Shown one piece after another: positions 7,755 through 15,239 of a stretch of 31,709 bases of DNA (positions are counted from its first letter, which is position 1; every line of letters begins with the position of its first letter). Source of the DNA: a bacterium. Its GTDB lineage: Bacteria; Patescibacteriota; JABMPQ01; JAQVVF01. The notes below the pieces were generated by a model. That model did no database searches. It was given only the letters and a program-made list of their open reading frames with translations, and was not told where the DNA came from. The stretch covers positions 1-31,709 of the forward strand of contig JAUWOX010000001.1 of NCBI GenBank assembly GCA_030611905.1. The letters run 5' to 3'. The translations under genes were made by a program, and so were the position numbers.

Positions 7755-8603
7755 CTAAAAGTTTTTTCTTTCCGGCCGTGGCTTTTTTTCTGATTTGAAA
7801 GATTCTGGAGGAAACATAGTGATTTCTAGGCCCTGATCGGTTATTTCTACTTTGTCGGCGGCCAGGATTTTGAGATTCATGGCCAGCGTGGCAAAACTCC
7901 ACCCTTCTTTTTGTTTTCGCCATACTTCTAATTCCTGTTTCATCCCCTGCCAGGCTTGATCATCTATTTCTAATTCCGCTGATTTGTTAGGTCGAAGGAT
8001 TTTCATACGCATGGCTTGAAGGGCAAACCGCCACCAATTTCCATTTCGGTGTTGTTCTGCTTGCCATTTTATTCTCTGCCAGGCTCTTTCATCAATATTC
8101 AATTCAGAAAATTTATCAGGCTGTATAATTTTCATGGACACAGCTAGGTTGGCAAAGTGCCACCAATTCCTATTACGATCTTGTTCTAATTCTTGCTTCA
8201 TTTCTTGCCAAGCTTGATCATTAATGTCTAAATCAGAAAATTTATCAGGCTGTATAATTTTCATATACATGACTTGGCTAGCAAAATCCAACCATTTTTT
8301 ATCTTCTCTGTCTTGTTCTGATGCCAGCTTTATTCCTTTCCAAGCTTGGTCGTCAACGTCCAGTTCAGTAAATTTGTCGGGTCGAAGGAGCTTCATGCGC
8401 ATGGCCTGATATGCAAAATACTGCCACTCATCATTCGTCCGCATTTTTTCTAACTCCAGTTTCATTTTCTGCCAATCAGATTCTGTAATTTCTATTTCTG
8501 GATCAAATTTCAACTTTTCAGTCTCTTCCTGTTCCAAGCTCAAATCCTGAAGCTTGAGATCTTCATCGGTTGGTTTTTTTTCGAAATGTCTTCTAATTCC
8601 CAT
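7755..8603 (-). CDS. Hypothetical protein, paralog P4, with about five tandem 43-44-aa helical repeats
   Basis: 282 aa; starts MGIRRHFEKKP and ends KKPRPERKNF; repeat unit W..FA..A..MK.(L/I).P.K..(E/D)L.(I/V)....W..(M/I)K. Confidence 0.87.
   Translation of the reverse strand: MGIRRHFEKKPTDEDLKLQDLSLEQEETEKLKFDPEIEITESDWQKMKLELEKMRTNDEWQYFAYQAMRMKLLRPDKFTELDVDDQAWKGIKLASEQDREDKKWLDFASQVMYMKIIQPDKFSDLDINDQAWQEMKQELEQDRNRNWWHFANLAVSMKIIQPDKFSELNIDERAWQRIKWQAEQHRNGNWWRFALQAMRMKILRPNKSAELEIDDQAWQGMKQELEVWRKQKEGWSFATLAMNLKILAADKVEITDQGLEITMFPPESFKSEKKPRPERKNF
7860..8495 (-). repeat. Intragenic tandem repeat, unit 129-132 nt
   Basis: The exact 32-mer tcagaaaatttatcaggctgtataattttcat occurs at 8104 and 8233 (offset 129). 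ggtcgaagga...catggc occurs at 7990 and 8380 (offset 390, three units). Confidence 0.85.
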
Positions 8604-8825
8604 TTTGTTTTGCTTAACTAGTTTTATATACTCTTATTTAAAATTATAGCAGAAATTAATATAAACGGACATAGTGAGTTAAGTATGGGGGTATATTATA
8701 TTAGGTACTTATCTCTTGGTGTGCGGGGTGGGTATAGAATTTCTTTTATATCCCTCTAACTATATCGCATATGCAATATTCCATCGTTTTCCTTCTATAA
8801 AGAAAGTTCGAATATCGTCTAATAT

Positions 8826-8876
8826 GTCCCGCCTTCGCCCTGAAGGGCTCCGGTGGACAAGCCGGCGGACAAGCCC
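8826..8876. repeat. GC-rich REP-like palindromic element
   Basis: gtcccgccttcgccctgaagggctccggtggacaag plus a partial tandem ggcggacaagcc. Related copies at 21138-21170 and, reversed, at 16556-16580. Confidence 0.65.
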
Positions 8877-8890
8877 ACTTATGGATAAAT

Positions 8891-8917
8891 AAAAAACTGC
8901 TGATTCAGCAGATTTTT
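8891..8917 (-). terminator. Intrinsic terminator downstream of the GAP-family gene
   Basis: On the minus strand: ctgctg-aat-cagcag followed by T6. Confidence 0.6.
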
Positions 8918-8939
8918 ATTTAAATAATGATTGAGATTA

Positions 8940-9599
8940 TTATTTAAAGAAATAAGATAGACCTTGATATAAAAGCATAATTCCCAAAATTATAAATAAT
9001 CCAAACATTATATATTTGCTGTATTTGAGAACTACTTTGTTTATTCTTGACAAAATTCGGGAGGCTATATCTGGGATAATCAGATAGACAAGAAAAGGCA
9101 CAGTAATTGGCAAGGTTAAACAGAATAAAATAAAAAGAAGTAGAATCAGTTTTTCTGGATCATCAATATTTGCTGAGCTGCCGACTTCTTTAGCCGCTGC
9201 AAAACTTAATAAAATTGCGTCAAAATTTGTAGCACCAATAACAAAGCCGGCTGCAGCTAATTTTAGATTTTCATGCTTTATGCTTTTCTCTGATTCTTTT
9301 ATTTGTCTTTCTTTGGAAAGCAGTATTTTAATTCCAAAGGCGATAAAAATTATTCCAAGAGCTAAATCAACAATTGAAGAGGTCAGATTTGCCTTTTCTT
9401 CGTCTGGCAGAGTTTGTCCAAAATAAAAACCGATGACTATAGTGATAATTCCAATAACTGCCAAACCGACAAATAGAGCTATAACACGCATCTTAGGATG
9501 TTTCTTGCTCCCAAGCAAAACTAGAGCTAGAGCAAATATGCCAGGACTCAAAGCCGAGGCCAGGCTCATGGGGATGATTTTTATTAAGTCTTCGAACAT
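8940..9599 (-). CDS. GAP/Sap family (lipid-addressing, LysE superfamily) membrane protein
   Basis: 219 aa with about six TM helices; SLASALSPG...LLGS N-terminus and GFVIGATN motif as in GAP-family proteins. Confidence 0.7.
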   Translation of the reverse strand: MFEDLIKIIPMSLASALSPGIFALALVLLGSKKHPKMRVIALFVGLAVIGIITIVIGFYFGQTLPDEEKANLTSSIVDLALGIIFIAFGIKILLSKERQIKESEKSIKHENLKLAAAGFVIGATNFDAILLSFAAAKEVGSSANIDDPEKLILLLFILFCLTLPITVPFLVYLIIPDIASRILSRINKVVLKYSKYIMFGLFIILGIMLLYQGLSYFFK

Positions 9600-9601
9600 G
9601 A

Positions 9602-9862
9602 TTATTTGAATGAAATTATTTGAAAACCGTATTTTTTAATTTCCTTTTGCGGCCAGAATTTTATGTCTTTAGTTTTTAGAACATAGCTAACTATTTTCTC
9701 AATTTTACGGCTGGTAAATTTTGAAGTCTCGGGATCCCATTCCTTGAGAACTAAAATGTCTCCTGGCTTACATTTCCAATCAGCTAATCTAAGTTCAAAT
9801 GTCTTTTCGCCTGATAAAATTTTTTCAAAATATTCTGGCCAAATCTTTTTTTCGATTTTCAT
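9602..9862 (-). CDS. ASCH/PUA-like DUF3850 domain protein
   Basis: KIWPEYFEKILSGEKTFELR...GDILVLKEWD signature. Confidence 0.85.
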   Translation of the reverse strand: MKIEKKIWPEYFEKILSGEKTFELRLADWKCKPGDILVLKEWDPETSKFTSRKIEKIVSYVLKTKDIKFWPQKEIKKYGFQIISFK

Positions 9863-9869
9863 ATATTAA

Positions 9870-10604
9870 TTATCTTAAGATCCAGCCGCCATCAACAACA
9901 ATGGTTTGTCCGGTAATATAATCAGCCTGGTCAGAAGATAAAAAGATTGCTAAATTAGCAATATCCTGCGGTTGACCCATTCTTTTTAAAGGGACCATGG
10001 CAATGGTCTGCTGTTTGGCTTTTTCATCGGTGCTGGCTCCGGGGGTTTCAATCGCTCCTGGGGCGATAGCATTTACATTAATTTTTTTAGGGGCTAATTC
10101 TAGAGCAAGAGCTCTAGTGAAAGAACTTACTCCGCCCTTTGAAGCACAGTAATGAGTTAGATTTTCAAACCCAACAAAAGCGGCAATGGAAGAAATATTT
10201 ACTATTTTTCCATTTTCAGGCATTGTTTTTATAGCTTCTTGAGATAATAAAAACATGCTTTTTAAATTAACATTCAAAACTTTATCCCAATCAGATTCAG
10301 TCATTTTTTCAAATGGTACAAAAGGAAAAATGCCGGCGTTGTTTACTAAAATATCAATTTTGCCAAATTTTTGAACTAATTGGTCCATAAGTTTGACTAT
10401 TTCTGTTTTTTGGGAAACGTCGCATCGTAAAGCAAAGGATTCAACACTCATTTTTTTTATTTCTTCTGCGGTTGCGTCAGCTTCGTCTTGATTAATGTCA
10501 GCAATAACTACGCTTGCCCCTTTTTTGGCTAAAGATAAAGCAATAACTTTGCCAATACCTTGTCCAGCGCCAGTTACTAGGGCGGTTTTGTTTTTTAGTG
10601 TCAT
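9870..10604 (-). CDS. Classical SDR family NAD(P)-dependent oxidoreductase (FabG-like)
   Basis: TGAGQGIG, NNAG, YCASK catalytic motif, NAIAPG, ITGQTIVVDGG. Confidence 0.93.
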   Translation of the reverse strand: MTLKNKTALVTGAGQGIGKVIALSLAKKGASVVIADINQDEADATAEEIKKMSVESFALRCDVSQKTEIVKLMDQLVQKFGKIDILVNNAGIFPFVPFEKMTESDWDKVLNVNLKSMFLLSQEAIKTMPENGKIVNISSIAAFVGFENLTHYCASKGGVSSFTRALALELAPKKINVNAIAPGAIETPGASTDEKAKQQTIAMVPLKRMGQPQDIANLAIFLSSDQADYITGQTIVVDGGWILR

Positions 10605-10659
10605 ATTTTTTTATTATTTATTAAAATTAAATTGATCGTTTATTAAAATTTTGAGCTAA

Positions 10660-12084
10660 CTAAGTTAGTTGTTTATTTTTCAGCGCAATTTTCAAGAAAT
10701 TTTTGATAAATGGCTTACCATGATTATAATCAACATTTATTTCAGCATGAAATTGGATGCCGTAAATAAATCTTCGGGTGCTTTTTTGGACCTGAACATA
10801 ATCAGATTTGGCGATAACTTCAAATTCTTGGGCGGAATCAGCTACTGCCCAGGAATGAACTTCAGGGGCTGTGAAATTGTCTGAAATGCCTTGAAAAATT
10901 GGATCTTTTTTTAGGATTTTAATTTTGGTCATTCTGCTCTTTGGTTCCATAGCAGAAATATCAGACCAGCCCATGCTTCGAGCACGCGTATAACCATAGG
11001 CCATGGCCATAAATTGATGACCAGCGCAAATGCCTAGCATTGGAATATCAGTCTGTCTGATAATTTCAAATTCGCCATTGTGTTCAAACATGGGTAGATT
11101 TGGATAATCAGCATTATTGCCGCTAAGGATGACGGCAACTGGTTTTTTTTGTAATTTGTGAAGCATTTCTAGGCTGGCTTCATAATACGGAATAGTTAGG
11201 GTCTTTAATTTGGGGAACAGGCTTTCAACTTTTTTGGCTAGTTCGGTAAAAGTATAGCCATTATGTTCATTGCCAATAATTAGGACATAATCTTGATTTG
11301 GAGCCTGCGGAACTTTTGGCTGGCCAGGTGAATATAGAATAATTTCATTTATTTGCGCGGCGTAACCGAGAAAATCTTTTATAAATAGTCTGAAATATCT
11401 GGCCTTAACTGGTTTAAAGCTGATGATACTTCTAAACGTATTATTGTTTTTTGTTCTTGTTTCTGTAATATCTTTCCAGGTCGAGCCATTGGAACTTGAT
11501 TGCAGGACAAAGTCTTTGAGCCAGCCGTCTGGTTCATTAAAGTTTGATAAAATCCAGAGACGGCAAACTTCTTTTGAAGTGCCCAAGTCAAACTGTACCC
11601 AGTTTGTTTTTTCACCTGGCGGTGGACTTTGCCAGAATGTAATAAGCCCGGGATCATCATGATCAATAATATTTTTAACATTGTAGCCAGCCGATGCAGT
11701 GATATTTTTTATTGGAGTTCTAATTAAATTCATGAAATGATCGTCTGATTGGGTGTTTACAAAAAAGCGGGAAACTTCCCAGTCACTGTTGCCATTTGAT
11801 GTAATTGCTCTAGCGCGCCAAAAATATTGCGTGCTATCTTTTAAAGCGTCCTTTTTTTCTACTTTTTGACCAGTAACAAATTGACTGGTTTCTTTAATAT
11901 CTTTGTAAATAATCTTGTCAGAAGAATCAAAATCTTTGGATGTGTCTAATTGGATTTCGTATTTACAATCTTTGGGTCCGCCTTGGGAATTAAAAAAAGA
12001 TAATAAGGGCGTAGTTTGGGTAACAACAACGTCCCAGCTTGGATTGTTTTTTAAATTAGGGGGCGTGATTTCATGTCTTGGCAT
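10660..12084 (-). CDS. Fusion protein: Fn3/Ig-like domain + discoidin (F5/8 type C) domain + class I glutamine amidotransferase
   Basis: YEIQLDT...YFWRARA (Fn3-like); FWQS...WVQFDLG...SSNGSTW...ARYFRL (discoidin); VILSG, LGICAGHQ and GIQFHAE (intact Cys-His-Glu triad). Confidence 0.85.
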   Translation of the reverse strand: MPRHEITPPNLKNNPSWDVVVTQTTPLLSFFNSQGGPKDCKYEIQLDTSKDFDSSDKIIYKDIKETSQFVTGQKVEKKDALKDSTQYFWRARAITSNGNSDWEVSRFFVNTQSDDHFMNLIRTPIKNITASAGYNVKNIIDHDDPGLITFWQSPPPGEKTNWVQFDLGTSKEVCRLWILSNFNEPDGWLKDFVLQSSSNGSTWKDITETRTKNNNTFRSIISFKPVKARYFRLFIKDFLGYAAQINEIILYSPGQPKVPQAPNQDYVLIIGNEHNGYTFTELAKKVESLFPKLKTLTIPYYEASLEMLHKLQKKPVAVILSGNNADYPNLPMFEHNGEFEIIRQTDIPMLGICAGHQFMAMAYGYTRARSMGWSDISAMEPKSRMTKIKILKKDPIFQGISDNFTAPEVHSWAVADSAQEFEVIAKSDYVQVQKSTRRFIYGIQFHAEINVDYNHGKPFIKNFLKIALKNKQLT

Positions 12085-12157
12085 TTGTTTTAATTAGTTT
12101 ATATATTTTTATTTTAACACATTATTGATTAGGAGATAACACCTATTTACAACTGCA

Positions 12158-12185
12158 TTGTCAAAATTTTACATTTTGCTATAAT
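12158..12185 (+). promoter_or_regulatory. Sigma70-type promoter for the APC permease
   Basis: TTGTCA-N16-TATAAT with TG upstream of the -10 (extended -10). Confidence 0.6.
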
Positions 12186-12226
12186 TAAGATAATTAAATA
12201 TTCTATAAAAAATAAAAACTAAAAAA

Positions 12227-13642
12227 ATGACAAAAGTGAGTAAAACAGGTAAATTCTTGGGCGTATTTGCCTTGGCAATGATTAATGTATCTTTGATCTG
12301 TAGTTTGAGAGGACTCCCTACAATGGCAGAATATGGCCTTACTGTTGTTTTCTTTTTGCTGGTTTCAATTATTTTGTTTTTGATCCCGGTATCTCTAGTT
12401 TCAGCAGAACTGGCTACTGGCTGGCCAAAGCAAGGCGGTATTTATAGGTGGGTAAAAGAAGCTTTTGGAGAAAAATGGGGTTTTGCTGCTATTGTTTTGC
12501 AGTGGGTGCAAAATCTTGTTTTTTATCCAACAGCATTAGCTGCTACGGCCGCAGTTATTGCTTATATGTTTAATCCCGCTCTGGCCAGTAACAAATACTA
12601 TACATTAGCAGTTATTATTGTAGTTTATTGGCTGGCTCTTATTATAAACCTGCGTGGCATGAAGATTTCTGGAAAAATAACCAGCATCGGAACACTGCTG
12701 GGAATTATTTTTCCTGGAGTAATTTTGATTGTCTTGGGTATGGTCTGGGTTTTTTCTGGACAAGATTTGGCCATTCCTATTACCGCCAAAGGATTTATTC
12801 CCAATCTTCTAGACCTAGATAATTATATTCTTTTAACTGGCATGTTTTTGTTTTTTGCTGGCATGGAGGTATCTGGAGTACATGCGAAAGAAGTCAAAAA
12901 TCCGACCAAGGATTATCCAAAAGCAATTTTTTCTTCTGGTATTATAGTGGCGGGCATTTTTCTTTTGGGATCACTGGCAATTGCTCTTATCATTCCGGCT
13001 TCTGAAATTAGCTTGACTGCTGGTATTATGCAAACTTATACAGCTGTTTTAGATAAATTCAGCATAGGCTGGGTAGTGCCCCTTATTGCCATACTAGCTG
13101 CTCCGGGGATGATTGTTCAGGTTAGTTCATGGATTGCTGGCCCAAGTCGAGGACTTTTGGTAACAGCAGAACAGGGCGACTTGCCTCCTTTTTTTCATAA
13201 GATGAACAAAAATAATATGCCAGTCAATATCATGATTGTGCAGGGAGTCTTGGTTTCTATTATCTCTCTGATTTTTATTCTTATGCCATCAGTGAGTAGT
13301 TCGTTTTGGATATTAACTGCCTTGGCAGCGATATTATATTTGACTGTATACGTGATTATGTTTGCGGCTGCAATAAAGTTGAAATATAGCAAACCTAATG
13401 TACCGCGTCCCTATGCAGTGCCCGGAGGAAAAATTGGAATGTGGATTGTTGCTGGCATAGGAATCCTAGCTTGTCTATCTGCTATTTTCTTTGGCTTTTT
13501 CCCGCCTTCTCAGCTTTCGACAGGTGACATTGGACGATATGAAGGATTTTTGATAATAGGCTTTCTGGTTTTAGCCTCTATTCCTTTTGTTATTTATGCT
13601 TTTAAAAAAGATTCCTGGAAAAAGAAGATTAGAGTTGACTAA
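12227..13642 (+). CDS. APC-superfamily amino acid permease, GadC-like (Glu/GABA antiporter family)
   Basis: 471 aa, about 12 TM; LRGLP, VSAELAT, GGIYRWV, FAGME, GPSRGL and RPYAVPGG motifs. Confidence 0.85.
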   Translation: MTKVSKTGKFLGVFALAMINVSLICSLRGLPTMAEYGLTVVFFLLVSIILFLIPVSLVSAELATGWPKQGGIYRWVKEAFGEKWGFAAIVLQWVQNLVFYPTALAATAAVIAYMFNPALASNKYYTLAVIIVVYWLALIINLRGMKISGKITSIGTLLGIIFPGVILIVLGMVWVFSGQDLAIPITAKGFIPNLLDLDNYILLTGMFLFFAGMEVSGVHAKEVKNPTKDYPKAIFSSGIIVAGIFLLGSLAIALIIPASEISLTAGIMQTYTAVLDKFSIGWVVPLIAILAAPGMIVQVSSWIAGPSRGLLVTAEQGDLPPFFHKMNKNNMPVNIMIVQGVLVSIISLIFILMPSVSSSFWILTALAAILYLTVYVIMFAAAIKLKYSKPNVPRPYAVPGGKIGMWIVAGIGILACLSAIFFGFFPPSQLSTGDIGRYEGFLIIGFLVLASIPFVIYAFKKDSWKKKIRVD

Positions 13643-13726
13643 ATTGAAAAAAATTAAAGGTGTTTAAGTCTATTTTAAAGACAGACCAACATGGCCTTGA
13701 ATTAATTTATAATTAACAAAAAATAT

Positions 13727-14062
13727 ATGAAAAAAGGAAAAAGTGGCGTTATTATTGCGGTCGTGATTGTGATCATCATAATCATTGTCGCAATTGTCTG
13801 GCTGGTTGTTGCAAGCAGGCCAATCAATGCTGTGTCATATTCCTGTAAAAACGGGAAGTCAATTGACGCTAAGTTTTACAAAGACAGGGTTGATTTGACG
13901 TTAAGTGATGATCGACAGCTTACTCTGCCACAAGCAGTTTCTGCTTCTGGTGCGCGTTATGCAAATGACGATGAATCAATAGTCTTTTGGGAAAAAGGCG
14001 ACACAGCTTTTATTACTGAATCTGACAAAGAGACTTTTAAGGATTGTAAGTCTGATTCTTAG
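13727..14062 (+). CDS. mliC: MliC-family lysozyme inhibitor with N-terminal TM anchor
   Basis: YSC.NGK, LPQAVSASGARY and FWEKG motifs, two Cys. Confidence 0.85.
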   Translation: MKKGKSGVIIAVVIVIIIIIVAIVWLVVASRPINAVSYSCKNGKSIDAKFYKDRVDLTLSDDRQLTLPQAVSASGARYANDDESIVFWEKGDTAFITESDKETFKDCKSDS

Positions 14063-14078
14063 ATTATAAATTAAATAC

Positions 14079-14115
14079 AAAAAAAACACCAGATTAATAT
14101 TTCTGGTGTTTTTTT
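14079..14115. terminator. Bidirectional intrinsic terminator
   Basis: A8-caccaga-loop-tctggtg-T7, between converging genes. Confidence 0.8.
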
Positions 14116-14128
14116 ATTGCAGTAATCT

Positions 14129-14494
14129 CTATTTCTTTATCCATTTCCAGGCTTCTTCTAGCTGGTCTTCATCAAAAACTTTTGCCTTGGCTTTTGCAAA
14201 ATGGTCGTCGATTTCTATGCCAATTTTGACCTATCTTGGTCCGCCGACAATTGCTAATTTTTCATAATCATTTTTGAATTTTCCAACCCCGATTTTGAAA
14301 TCATCCCAAAATGCTTTTGGTGTCCAGCCTTTGAACTCTTTGGGCATATATAATAGACATCTCATCTTTCCATATTTTTCGACTGCCTGCTCGATATCTG
14401 GGATAAAGATTTTTTTGTAATCTTCATCATGCAATCTGCCCGTTGCTTTGTAGCCTAGGATATTATCCTGACTCTCAGGTAGTTTTTTGACCAT
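14129..14494 (-). pseudogene. STAS/SEC14 (SpoIIAA-like) protein interrupted by an in-frame TAG at codon 88
   Basis: ...LAIVGGPR-TAG(14231-14233)-VKIGIEIDDHFAKAKAKVFDEDQLEEAWKWIKK-TAG. The frame continues into the family-typical F...(E/D)A..W end; 121 codons in total. Confidence 0.8.
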
Positions 14495-14523
14495 TTGTTT
14501 TTATTTTAATTATTTTAGAAATA

Positions 14524-15195
14524 TTATTCTAATTCATTATTCTCTTTTTTTTTGAATAATTTTTTAGAAATATTTATCGCAGGGAAACTCTGCCAGTTGA
14601 ACGCGTACGAGAGCATTCTAATTATAAATATTAGAGCTATTCCTGCGATTGCCGCGATTTGGGCATTGACATCTGCGTACATGGCCAAGCCAATAAAAAG
14701 TACAATTCCTGCAAGCGAGGCTGTAATATAATATTGGCCGGGTTTCAAAAGCAGAGGCTCGCTTTTGGTGAGAATATCGCGCAGGAAACCACCGCTAACT
14801 GCGCCAACCATGCCAACTAAGACTGCTGCCAAGATATTTAAATTATTATTTAATGCCATTTGCGCTGCAATGATTCCAAATATCCCTAGGCCCAAAGCGT
14901 CAATAATTATGAAGATTAAAGTGATCTTTTTAATGTAAAAAATGAATAAAGGCGTGATTATTGCTGCTAATATGATGGCTACCAAATATTGCCAATCTTC
15001 AATCATTATTGGTATTTGTGCTAAAAAAACACCGTCCCTAATAATCGCTCCACTGGCACCGGTGATAAATGCCAAAACAAAGACTCCAGAAATGTCGTAT
15101 TTTTTTTCAGTAGCAAGTATTGCTCCTGTTATTGCCAGTAAAAATACTGCGACTACTTGAAGCATTAATGGTAATTCAAATTGGCCTGATATCAT
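14524..15195 (-). CDS. TRIC cation channel family (UPF0126/YadS-like) membrane protein
   Basis: Duplicated GAILA...D..G...GG..RD / DALGLG...GGFLRD motifs, about seven TM. Confidence 0.88.
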   Translation of the reverse strand: MISGQFELPLMLQVVAVFLLAITGAILATEKKYDISGVFVLAFITGASGAIIRDGVFLAQIPIMIEDWQYLVAIILAAIITPLFIFYIKKITLIFIIIDALGLGIFGIIAAQMALNNNLNILAAVLVGMVGAVSGGFLRDILTKSEPLLLKPGQYYITASLAGIVLFIGLAMYADVNAQIAAIAGIALIFIIRMLSYAFNWQSFPAINISKKLFKKKENNELE

Positions 15196-15239
15196 ATTTT
15201 TAATTTTATTTTTTAGATTTCAATTTTTGTAATTTAGAG

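Noticed and set aside
3577-8581. A8 tract (GAA AAA AAA) in all four paralogs as a phase-variation switch
   Set aside because: A8 from Glu-Lys-Lys codons is common in AT-rich DNA and all four copies are in frame.
7686-8736. CsoR/RcnR-type operators (GGGGGTAT)
   Set aside because: Only half-sites; the complementary ATACCC arm is missing and no such regulator or metal-efflux target is adjacent.
7335-8833. attL/attR duplication of the tRNA-Asp 3' end
   Set aside because: Only a short gtccc(c)gcc similarity at 8826, explained by the REP-like element; no integrase.
14231-14233. Stop-codon reassignment (TAG or TGA read as sense)
   Set aside because: TAG ends genes at 7755, 14129 and 27490, and TGA ends genes at 22623 and 23814; no other internal stops were seen.
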